Below, in pieces: positions 9,777-18,392 of a DNA stretch of 51,849 nt. Within the stretch, counting starts at the first letter, position 1. Each line of letters begins with the position of its first letter. The DNA lies in contig CALMIF010000384.1 in NCBI GenBank assembly GCA_937864045.1, forward strand, positions 1-51,849. Reading direction: 5' to 3'. Under the pieces are notes generated by a model that made no database searches, had not been told where the DNA came from, and saw only the letters and a list, made by a program, of their open reading frames with translations. Origin of the DNA: an uncultured Aquabacterium sp. GTDB taxonomy: Bacteria; Pseudomonadota; Gammaproteobacteria; Burkholderiales; Burkholderiaceae_C. Both the position numbers and the translations under genes were made by a program.

Positions 9777-11299
9777 ACCTGCGCCGTGCTGCGGTCGACG
9801 GCGCAGCGCGCCGCCGGTGCATGCTGCGCCTGGGCGGCGGCATGGTGTCCTTCGGCATCGGGCGCCGGGCCTTGGCGCAGTCGGGCACCAGCGGCGCCGC
9901 GGGCGGTGTCGGCGAGCAGATGCTGGCCGGCGAGGCGCCGGGGTCGGTCCCGCGCACCGATGCCACCGCAGCGCTGCGCGCGCTGTTCGACGCCTGCATT
10001 GCCAGCGGGCGGACCGCCGTGCTGGCCGGCCGCTACCGGGTGTCCGGTCCGATCGCCACCGCGGGACGGCGCGCCGCCGGTGCGCTGCACATCCGCTGCA
10101 TCGGCGATGTGTCGATCGAGGTGCAGGCCGATGCCGCGCCTTTCGCCGTGCTGCTGGCCTGTCACACCGAGCGGGCCTGTTCATCCAGCATCGTCGGCGG
10201 CCGCCTGACCCTGGACCTGGCAGGCCGCTGTGCCAGCGGCCTGCTGCTGCGTCATGACGGCGACGACGGCGGCACCGTGCACTGGGGGCCGGTGACGGTG
10301 CGCGACGCGGTCAATCTCGCCCAGGACGACCGCAACGAGAACCAGGGGCTGATGGTGCACGGCCGGTTCCGGCAGGTCGACCTGCTGGCGCCGCGGGTCG
10401 AGGGGGTGGACCGGCGCAATGCGCGCGGCGGGGCCTGCAAGGGCATTTCGATCTCCGAGGTCGCCGGCCCCGTCACCCTGCAGTCGCCCTATGTCGAGCG
10501 CGTGCGCTGCGGCGGCGCCGACGTCGACGCCGACGGCATCTCGGTGTTCACGCGGATGTCGGCTGGCGGGGTCTACGCGTGGCGCGACGGCGAGGTGCAG
10601 ATCCTGCAGCCGGTGCTGCGGGACTGCCAGGGCCGCAGCCTGAAGCTGCAGGCCAGCGAGGTGCTGATCGACCGGCCGCGGATCTACCGGCGCGAGGTGG
10701 CCACGATCAGCGTGCCGGACATCGACTTCCAGCTCGGCAACGGCCTGCTCCGCGATCCGCTGTTCGACTACCGACTGCGTGCCGATGGCAGCAATGCGCT
10801 GCATCCGGGTCTCTACCCGATCAGCCTGCAGCAGCAGTGCACCGATCGGCCGATGCTGGCGCAGGTGCTGGGCGGCGTGCTGCGCAGCGACGTGGCGCTC
10901 CCGCGTCTGGCCCTGGTCACGATCGGCTCGCTGGCGCAGGACAGCGTCACGGTGCTGGACGGACTGCAGGCGCTGGCCATGCGGTCGATGGCCGATGGCC
11001 TGTTCACCCGCGCGGCGGTGGAGTTCTCCGGCGCGCAGGCGGCACGTGCGCCGGGCGACACCACGCTGGTTCTCCGGCAGCTGCGCGCGCCGCTGGGCCG
11101 TGCGCCATGGCTGGGCTACACCGAGGCCAGCAACGCAGCCGGTCGCCGTCTGGCCGCCGTCGTCACCGACAACGAGAACACCGCGCCGCGGGGGGGCAGT
11201 TCGCCTGCGGCGGCGCCGGTGTCCGGGCCGTCGATGCCGCGCTGGCGCGCCCTGCGCGACGGCAGCGCGCCTGCAGGGCGCGCAGCGGAGCTGCGGTGA
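9773..11299 (+). CDS. Hypothetical exported protein, probable right-handed beta-helix (pectin-lyase-like) fold
   Basis: GTG start overlaps the upstream stop (GTGA) and its stop overlaps the next start; RRR...ALAQ signal-like N-terminus; TDATAALRALFDA...GRYRVSGPI cap; ADGI turn. Confidence 0.6.
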   Translation: MNLRRAAVDGAARRRCMLRLGGGMVSFGIGRRALAQSGTSGAAGGVGEQMLAGEAPGSVPRTDATAALRALFDACIASGRTAVLAGRYRVSGPIATAGRRAAGALHIRCIGDVSIEVQADAAPFAVLLACHTERACSSSIVGGRLTLDLAGRCASGLLLRHDGDDGGTVHWGPVTVRDAVNLAQDDRNENQGLMVHGRFRQVDLLAPRVEGVDRRNARGGACKGISISEVAGPVTLQSPYVERVRCGGADVDADGISVFTRMSAGGVYAWRDGEVQILQPVLRDCQGRSLKLQASEVLIDRPRIYRREVATISVPDIDFQLGNGLLRDPLFDYRLRADGSNALHPGLYPISLQQQCTDRPMLAQVLGGVLRSDVALPRLALVTIGSLAQDSVTVLDGLQALAMRSMADGLFTRAAVEFSGAQAARAPGDTTLVLRQLRAPLGRAPWLGYTEASNAAGRRLAAVVTDNENTAPRGGSSPAAAPVSGPSMPRWRALRDGSAPAGRAAELR

Positions 11300-13725
11300 G
11301 CGCCGTCGCGGCCTCGCTCGGCTGGGTCCTGCTGGCCACGCTGGCCGGCGCGGCCCTGGCCAGCCTGCTGCCCTGGCATGCCGCGGCGCGCCGCGCCGGG
11401 CTGCCGGCGGCGCTGGCGATCGTGCTGGGCCCGCTGCTGGCCGGCCTGGCCTCGGTGGCTGCCGTGGCCCTGGTGCCGTTTACCGGTGCCGACCTCCTGC
11501 CGGCGGTGGCGCTCGGCCTGCTGCTGCTGCTGCTGCCGCTGGCCGTCGCGCTGCCCGGGCTGCAGGCCGCCACCCCGGTCGACCGCGGGCTAGGCCTCGC
11601 CGCCCTGGGGTCCTGGTGGCCGCTGGCCCTGCCGTTCGCCGTGCTGCTGGGGTTCGAGGCGGTGGTCGTGCCGCTGACGCAGAACGATCCGCTGGAGTAC
11701 GCCACCGTGGCCCGCATCGTCGGCGACGCCGGATCGCTGTGGGCCTATCCCGCGGTGCATCCGGAAGCGACGCGCTCGGGGTTCTTCGGGCCCTGGACCC
11801 ATCCGCCGTTGTACGTGGCGTGGATGGCCGTGGCCCGGACGCTGGGCGATGGCGACGTGGGCCTGCGCTGGCTGGCCGGCTGGTGTTTGCTGGCGGCGAT
11901 GGCCGGCGTGCATGCGCTGGGCCGCCTGCAGGGCCCGACCACGGCCCGCGTGGCATCGGTGCTGTTCGCCGCCACGCCGATCCTGCTGCTGGGGGCGGCG
12001 TCCTCGTCGATCGATCCGCTGCCGGTGCTGGGCATGGTCCTGTCCCTGCTGGTGGCCTGCGGCATCGGCACATCGGCGGCGCGCACGGGTGCCTGGATCG
12101 GCGCCGCGCTCGGGCTGGCGCTGTGGACCCATTCGCAGGCCGTGCTCTTCCCCGTGCTGTTGGCTCCGTTGCTGGCCGTGCTGGTCTGGGGCGCGCCGGC
12201 CGGGCCCGGCGCATCCCGCCGGCCTGCCGCGGCCCGCGCCGGCCGCTTCGCCGTTGCGGGCGGCGCCGGCCTGCTGGCGATGGTGGCCATCGGTGGTGCC
12301 TGGTACCTGCGCAACATCGCGCTGTTCGGCTCGCCGATCAGCGACACGCCCGCCGTCTTCGCCGAGCCGGCGCTGCAGTTCGCCACCTACTTCAGCGTGC
12401 AGCGCGGCTTCACCGGGCCGTTGGAGGTGCTGCTGTACGGCGTGCTGAAGGGCTTCTTCGCATTCGACGGCTACGGCGTGGTCTTCTGGCTGGCGCTGGC
12501 CGGCCTGCCAGCGGCCTGGCGGGCGCTGCGCGGCGCCGGTGCGCAGCCGGTGCTGCCGGTGGCCGGTGCGGCGCTGCTGCTGGCCGCCTTCTACGGGGCG
12601 GTGGTCGTGGCGTCGGTGCTGGCCGGCGTCGACCTGATGATCCGCAACGACCGCTACCTTCAGGTGGTGCTGCCGGCGGTGGCGCTTCTGGCCGGCGTCG
12701 GCGTGCAGCAGCTGGGGCAGCACGGGCACGCGGGGCGGCTGCTGGCCCTGGGTCTGGCCCTGCTGCTGCCGCTGCAGGCGGCCGTGCTCTGGTACCGCCA
12801 GAGCCCGCTGCGGGTGCCGGACCTGCCCTGGCAGCCCGCGCAGCAGCTCGCCCGCTGGAGCCAGTTCGACATCAGCCGTGCGATCGCCACCGAGACCGCG
12901 CCGGACAGCCGCGTGTTCTCGTTGCGGCCTGCCGACATGTACTACGCGGATCGGCCGATGGTCAGCTACATCGATCCGCGCATGCTGCCGCTGTACAGGT
13001 CCGGCACCGATCCGGCGGCTGCCCTGGCTGCCTTGCGCAGCCTGGGGGTGACCCATGTGCACCTGGGCGACTACCTCCTGCCACCGGTCTACATGACCGG
13101 CCTGATGGGCCTGCTGGCCGATCCCGGCCGCTCGCGCCTGGTGGCCGAGCGCGATGGTTACCAGCTCTTCGCGCTGCAGCCCGAGCCGGACACCCGTGAC
13201 GACGTCGTGCAGGCCAGGGCCGTCGCAGGTGCCTGGGTGCGGCGGCACGACGCGGTGCTGGGCGGTCGCAAGTCGCGCGTGCGCAAGCTGCTGCTCAGCG
13301 AGCCCTACACCCTCGGTGCACGCTCGACCAACACCGGGCTGGCCCGCCTGCTGTGGCGTGAATCCGCCAATGTGCTGCGCAGCCCGCCGATCGAGTTGGG
13401 CGGGGCGTGCACGGCAGGGCGCCGGCTGGCCGATCTGACGGCAACGGTGCAGTTGCGGGGCCAGGGGGCCGCGATGCTGCTGGTCGAACTCCAGGGCGCG
13501 GACGGGCAGGTCGTCGAGCGCCGGCTGCTGGGCGACCGACCGGCGCTGCCGGCGCAGGCGCCGACGTCGATCGTCCGCCGCTTCGGCGTGCCTGAGGGCG
13601 TGGGCCGCGTGGTGATGGAAGTGGAGCATCGCGGGCAGTCTGAACTCGTGCTCGACGAAGCGCGGCTGCTGTTGCGCTGCACCGCGGCAGCTGCCCCGGG
13701 TGCCAGAATGCCGGCTTCGCGCTGA
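11296..13725 (+). CDS. Large polytopic membrane protein, GT-C (ArnT/PMT-like) glycosyltransferase candidate, paralog 1
   Basis: GTG start overlaps the upstream TGA; many TM segments; PLTQNDPLEY and GPWTHPPLY loop motifs, RYL motif, soluble C-terminal domain; paralogous to 18389-20881. Confidence 0.7.
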   Translation: MSAVAASLGWVLLATLAGAALASLLPWHAAARRAGLPAALAIVLGPLLAGLASVAAVALVPFTGADLLPAVALGLLLLLLPLAVALPGLQAATPVDRGLGLAALGSWWPLALPFAVLLGFEAVVVPLTQNDPLEYATVARIVGDAGSLWAYPAVHPEATRSGFFGPWTHPPLYVAWMAVARTLGDGDVGLRWLAGWCLLAAMAGVHALGRLQGPTTARVASVLFAATPILLLGAASSSIDPLPVLGMVLSLLVACGIGTSAARTGAWIGAALGLALWTHSQAVLFPVLLAPLLAVLVWGAPAGPGASRRPAAARAGRFAVAGGAGLLAMVAIGGAWYLRNIALFGSPISDTPAVFAEPALQFATYFSVQRGFTGPLEVLLYGVLKGFFAFDGYGVVFWLALAGLPAAWRALRGAGAQPVLPVAGAALLLAAFYGAVVVASVLAGVDLMIRNDRYLQVVLPAVALLAGVGVQQLGQHGHAGRLLALGLALLLPLQAAVLWYRQSPLRVPDLPWQPAQQLARWSQFDISRAIATETAPDSRVFSLRPADMYYADRPMVSYIDPRMLPLYRSGTDPAAALAALRSLGVTHVHLGDYLLPPVYMTGLMGLLADPGRSRLVAERDGYQLFALQPEPDTRDDVVQARAVAGAWVRRHDAVLGGRKSRVRKLLLSEPYTLGARSTNTGLARLLWRESANVLRSPPIELGGACTAGRRLADLTATVQLRGQGAAMLLVELQGADGQVVERRLLGDRPALPAQAPTSIVRRFGVPEGVGRVVMEVEHRGQSELVLDEARLLLRCTAAAAPGARMPASR

Positions 13726-13810
13726 ATCGGCATGACCAGCCTCCACTCCACCACCGCGTTGCCGGCGAAGCGGGCCGCCGGGACCCGCCGGAAGACCGGC
13801 CGCTAGGCGC

Positions 13811-15073
13811 ATGCAGGCCATCGTCTTCAGCGTGTCGACTGTGCTCGCGTCGGCCTGGATCGTCTGGAGCAACTCCGGCGGCCTTCTGCTGCTGGTCAAC
13901 CTGGCCCTGCTGGCATGGCTGGCCCTGCAACTGCTGCGCTGGATGACGCCGCAGCGCGCGGTGCACCCGCAGTCCTTGCTGCGCGCCCTGGTGTTGTCGC
14001 TGCCGCTGGCCTGGTACGGGCTCAAGGCGCTGACCGAGCCACTGGCGCAGGCCGCCATGCGCCACTTCTACGAGATCACCGGTGCGGTGCTGCCTGGCCT
14101 GGCGATGGGCCTGCTGGCCGCGGTCGCGCTGCGCCGCTTGCGCCAGGCTGGGCCGGGCGAACAGCACGCGCTGGCGCGGTTGCTGGTGCTCGACACACTG
14201 GCCGTGGCGGGGGTCGCAGCGTTCCTGCTGTCCTTCAGCCGCGAAGGCATGCTGCTGATCGAGGCCGCTCTGCTGGAGGGCGCTGCCGCCTACCAGACCG
14301 TGGGCGACGCGCTGATGATCAACCTGCTGCTGGTGCATGCGCTGAGCCGGACGCTGGACCAGCGCTCCGGTGTCGGCGCCCTTGCCGCCGAGCCCGGCCG
14401 CAGCCCCTGGCTGCAGATGCTCGCGCTGCCGGCGCTGGTGCTGGCCACCCTGGTCTGCGCGGTGCTTGTCGGCTCCAACAAGCTGCTGCTGGGCAGCGCC
14501 GTGGTGGGCGGTGCGGTGCTCTGGGGTCCCGGCCGCGGGCGCCGCTGGCGCATCGGGCTGTCGGCGGCGGCCGTCATCGCCGCCGTCGGTGCCATGCTGT
14601 TCGGTCCCTGGTCCGAACTGGCGGCAGATCTGATGGCGCTGACACGCCTGTTCGACTACGGTGCGGTCGATTCGGTGATCGACACGCCGAGCGTCGCCAG
14701 CCGGCTGGACCTGCTGGCCGCCTGCGCCGCGCACCAGTTCGCGCTGGCGCCGCTGGTCGGCGACCTGGCGGCCGAGTACCGCACCTGTGGCGAAGGCGAG
14801 TACCTGCACTCCCTGCTGTCGATCCAGACCCATCTCGGCCTGGTGGGCAGCCTGCTGTTCGGCATGCTGCTGGTTGTCGGTGCGATCGAGATCTGGTCCC
14901 GGCCGGCCCACCGGCCGCTGCGCATGACCTACCTGCTGGTGATCGGCCTGTGTGCAGTCGGCACCTTCTTCACCTGGATGCCGCTGTGGTACCTGATCGG
15001 TCTGATCCTGTTCCTGGACGGGTCGCCGGTTCAGCGCGTCGCGGCGGCCAGTGTTTCCAGCGCCCAGACCTGA
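13811..15073 (+). CDS. Wzy polymerase / WaaL O-antigen-ligase-like membrane protein
   Basis: About 11-12 TM segments, with a late periplasmic loop S..SR...PLVG....YLHSLLSIQTHLGLVG resembling the Wzy_C H-containing motif. Confidence 0.62.
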   Translation: MQAIVFSVSTVLASAWIVWSNSGGLLLLVNLALLAWLALQLLRWMTPQRAVHPQSLLRALVLSLPLAWYGLKALTEPLAQAAMRHFYEITGAVLPGLAMGLLAAVALRRLRQAGPGEQHALARLLVLDTLAVAGVAAFLLSFSREGMLLIEAALLEGAAAYQTVGDALMINLLLVHALSRTLDQRSGVGALAAEPGRSPWLQMLALPALVLATLVCAVLVGSNKLLLGSAVVGGAVLWGPGRGRRWRIGLSAAAVIAAVGAMLFGPWSELAADLMALTRLFDYGAVDSVIDTPSVASRLDLLAACAAHQFALAPLVGDLAAEYRTCGEGEYLHSLLSIQTHLGLVGSLLFGMLLVVGAIEIWSRPAHRPLRMTYLLVIGLCAVGTFFTWMPLWYLIGLILFLDGSPVQRVAAASVSSAQT

Positions 15074-16959
15074 CTCTGGAGCTCCCAGGGCGCGGCCGCT
15101 CTTGACCAGCGGTAGGCGGTGCGCGCCTGCAGCGCCACGGCGCCACCAGGCAGCCTGGACGCCGCCTCGTTGACCGACGGCAGCAGGGAGCCCTGGGCCA
15201 CCAGGGTGCGCAGGTGCTGCTGCAGCCCCGCCGGCAAGGCCCCCGGCTGCAGGCGCTCCAGGGTCAGCAGGCTCATGGCATCGATGCTGCGGTAGCTGAT
15301 GTGGGCCGGCCCGTTGGACCCCGCATAGTTCGGCGTGTTGACCGACACGCCTTCGGCGGCGGTCCAGCCGCTGACGCCCCGACCCCACCAGTAGTGCCAG
15401 CCGGTGGCCGACGCCACGGGCTCCAGCGTGAGCAGCGGTGCAAGCAGGGCCTGAGCCCGCTCAGCCTGGTCGGGGCCGCGGGCCAGCAGCAGGCCATGCA
15501 CATAGGCGGAGGTGTAGTTGAACGGCACGTTGGCGCCATCGGCCCAGAAGTCGATGCCCGGCGTGAACCGCAGGGCGTCGAACGTGCCCTGCGGCACTTG
15601 CTGGCGGTACGCCTGCTCCACCGTGCCATCCAGCGTCGCCAGGCGATCACCGACACGGGCCATGGCCTGTGCCACGGTGGCCGAGTCGTGGCCGGTGGTC
15701 CGTGCCACGTCGAGCACCTGGGCGACGCGTCCCAGGTGCAGGGCGAAGAGCAGGGGCGTGCGCTGCATCGCGTAGCGCCGCACGCGGTAGCCGTCCAGCA
15801 GGGCATCGGCGCGGCGGGCCAGCAGGTCGACCTCGGCGCGCAGCCGATCGCGCAGCAACGACCAGTCGGCGGCAGCCGCCAGGTGCGGCAGCGATCCACC
15901 GCCCAGTTGCATCAGGCCCGACAGGTAGTAGACCTGACTCCAGACGATCCGGGCTTCGACGTTGGAGGCGCCCAGGTCGATCAGTCCGCCGTGCGGCATC
16001 CGGGCGATCTCGCCGCGCAGCAGGTCTGCCAGTTCGGCAGGGGTGCGGGCGCATTGCCAGGTGGCACGCACGGCATCGGCCTGCAGCTTGTGGGGCACGC
16101 AGTCGGAGGGAACGGTCTGCAGCACGCGCGCACCGTTGTCGTCGATGCGCGCCCAGGCAAATCCGAAGCCATCGGGTGGGCGGCCGCTGTAGCCGTCGTC
16201 GATCGTGCGGACCAGGGCATCGACTCCCCAGGGGCTGACCACCGCCTCCACGATCTCGTGGCCGGCCAGGCCTGCCGTGTCCCATTCCCGGGCGGGTGCG
16301 CCGGTCGCAAGCACGAAGCAGCGGCTGGCGCCGCACAGCGTGAAGCCATCCGCCGTGCTGCCGCCGTGCAGCAGGTTGTCGAAGCCGCCAAGCGGCAGTC
16401 GCTCGGCCAGTGTGCTGAGCGCGCCGTCGCGGCTGAACCGCACCACGTCGACGCCGTCGCTGGTCGTGCCCGGGATGCGCCCGGACGGGATGTTGCGGGC
16501 CGCGTCGTAGACCGCCAGCAGCAGGCTCCCATCCGCCTCGAAAGCCTGCAAGGCCAGCAGTTCGCCCTGGGCTGCACGGGGATAGGACACGACGCGGGGC
16601 TGGTCGCTGCCGCAGTCGGCCACCACATGCAGGTGCTCGTCGGGCCAGCTGCGGTACAGGCACCAGCCGTCCGCAGCTGGCGCCTGCGCTGGATGGAGCC
16701 GCGTGCCCTCGCCCAGCCCGGCGGGCAGCGTCTGCAGCTGCCACCGCGGCGCCGCCGGTGTGACGTTCGGCGCGCCGCCGGTGCCGCCCGATCCGCCGCC
16801 GCAGGCTGCCAGCACCCAAGCTGTGACCAGCAATCCGGGCCAGCGCCAGCCTCGGCCGAGCGCGCGGCCCAGCGCACGCAGGAAGCGGCCGATGGCGCGG
16901 CGGCTGCGCACCGAGGTCGTGCCCTGGCGGGCCGGTGCAGGAGAGGTCGCAGGCGTCAT
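15031..16959 (-). CDS. Hypothetical lipoprotein
   Basis: Long ORF with hydrophobic stretch and lipobox VLAA-C followed by a GGGSGG linker; aromatic-rich C-terminal half. Start ATG 16959 or 16968. Confidence 0.72.
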   Translation of the reverse strand: MTPATSPAPARQGTTSVRSRRAIGRFLRALGRALGRGWRWPGLLVTAWVLAACGGGSGGTGGAPNVTPAAPRWQLQTLPAGLGEGTRLHPAQAPAADGWCLYRSWPDEHLHVVADCGSDQPRVVSYPRAAQGELLALQAFEADGSLLLAVYDAARNIPSGRIPGTTSDGVDVVRFSRDGALSTLAERLPLGGFDNLLHGGSTADGFTLCGASRCFVLATGAPAREWDTAGLAGHEIVEAVVSPWGVDALVRTIDDGYSGRPPDGFGFAWARIDDNGARVLQTVPSDCVPHKLQADAVRATWQCARTPAELADLLRGEIARMPHGGLIDLGASNVEARIVWSQVYYLSGLMQLGGGSLPHLAAAADWSLLRDRLRAEVDLLARRADALLDGYRVRRYAMQRTPLLFALHLGRVAQVLDVARTTGHDSATVAQAMARVGDRLATLDGTVEQAYRQQVPQGTFDALRFTPGIDFWADGANVPFNYTSAYVHGLLLARGPDQAERAQALLAPLLTLEPVASATGWHYWWGRGVSGWTAAEGVSVNTPNYAGSNGPAHISYRSIDAMSLLTLERLQPGALPAGLQQHLRTLVAQGSLLPSVNEAASRLPGGAVALQARTAYRWSRAAAPWELQSQVWALETLAAATR

Positions 16960-17072
16960 GCGCCGCATTCTGCCCACGCTGGTCCAAGCCGGGGCGGCAG
17001 CATCGATCGGCGACAATCATGGGTTTGCGGCGCCGCTGACGGGTGTGTGCCCTGTCCGGCAACCACTCACGC

Positions 17073-18392
17073 ATGGCTTCCTCGCTGCAACGCTCTCCCG
17101 CCGTGCCGTCCCCACCCGAACGACGGCGACGGCCGGCGCTGTTCGCCTCCGGCGCGGTGCTGACGGCGGTGCTGTCCCTGGGCACGCAGCTGCTGATGGA
17201 GCGCGGGCTCGGCCCGTCCGGCTTTGCCCGCTGGGCCCTGTGCAGTGCGCTGGTGACGCTGTTTGGCGTGCTGGCCACCTTCGGACTGAACAGCCTGCTG
17301 CTTGCCGATCACTACCGCGGCCGCCTGGTGACGGCGGCCGGTCGCCGCGCCGTGCTGCGCTATGCCCTGGCCTGCACCGGCCTGGCCGTGCTCGGCATGC
17401 TGGCGCTGTATGCGGGTGCGCCGTTCCGTGTCGAGCGCTCGGCGCTGGACGTGGCGATGGCCATGGCTCTGGTGCTGCTGATGCTGCCGGTGACCGCGGT
17501 CTACGCCTACTACCAGATCTGCGGCCTGGGCCTGGAACTCGCCTTCTGGCCGGTGTTGCAGAACCTGGCGCGCTTCGCCGCTGCACTGGCCGTCCTGTGG
17601 GCGGCGCTCGACGCCTCCCAGGCGATTGCGGTCTGGCTGGGCGGCGTCGTCCTGCTGGCGCTGGCCGCGGTGCCCGGCCTGGCCAGGGCCTCGGCGGTCC
17701 TGGCTGCAGGACCGCAACCTGCCGCGCCGTCGGCGCTGGCCGACCCGCTCGAAGCGGTTGCAGTGGCCGGGACGGGTCGGCGGGCGCGGCGTTTCGGCTG
17801 GATGGAGTTCTTCGATGCGCTCGATCTGAAGGTGGCGCTGCCCATCGCTGCGCTGATGCTTCCCGATGTTCAGGTCGCAGCGGTCGGCCTGGGCCTGCTG
17901 CTGATGAATGCCATCTACTACTTCCCCTACGTGTTTGTCATGCGGTATCTGTTGCCTGCGGTCCACCGGGCCGATGCGGCCGGCAGCGGCCTCCCGCGCC
18001 TGTCGCCCAGCATCGACCGCGTCGCCCTGCTGGCCTCGGCGGTCACGGGTGTGGCGGTGGCCGTTGCGGCACCGGGCGTGGTCGCCTGGGTGGCCGCCGG
18101 CGACTACACGGGACAGCGCGCCATGTTCACGGCAGCGGGCCTGGCGACGGTGCCGCTGGTGATGTCGACGGTGGGCGCCGGCGCGTTTTTGGGTGAGAGC
18201 CAGGCGGACCTGCTGCTGCGGCTGCGCAGGCTGACCACGCTGGTGTTCCTCGTTGTCTTGCTGGTGCTGATCGGGCCGATGGGGGCTGCCGCGCCGTTCG
18301 TGGCCCTGATCGCCGGCCGGGGTTGGCTGTGGTGGACGCTGTGGCGCTGGCGGCGGCGCCTGCTGTCGGCGCCGGAAGGAGCGCTGCCATGA
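17073..18392 (+). CDS. Second Wzx-like flippase / polysaccharide biosynthesis membrane protein
   Basis: About 12 TM segments; RGLGPSGFARWA N-terminal pattern (compare R.LGP..YG in Wzx); LIGPMGAAA near the C-terminus; ATGA overlap with the next gene. Confidence 0.65.
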   Translation: MASSLQRSPAVPSPPERRRRPALFASGAVLTAVLSLGTQLLMERGLGPSGFARWALCSALVTLFGVLATFGLNSLLLADHYRGRLVTAAGRRAVLRYALACTGLAVLGMLALYAGAPFRVERSALDVAMAMALVLLMLPVTAVYAYYQICGLGLELAFWPVLQNLARFAAALAVLWAALDASQAIAVWLGGVVLLALAAVPGLARASAVLAAGPQPAAPSALADPLEAVAVAGTGRRARRFGWMEFFDALDLKVALPIAALMLPDVQVAAVGLGLLLMNAIYYFPYVFVMRYLLPAVHRADAAGSGLPRLSPSIDRVALLASAVTGVAVAVAAPGVVAWVAAGDYTGQRAMFTAAGLATVPLVMSTVGAGAFLGESQADLLLRLRRLTTLVFLVVLLVLIGPMGAAAPFVALIAGRGWLWWTLWRWRRRLLSAPEGALP

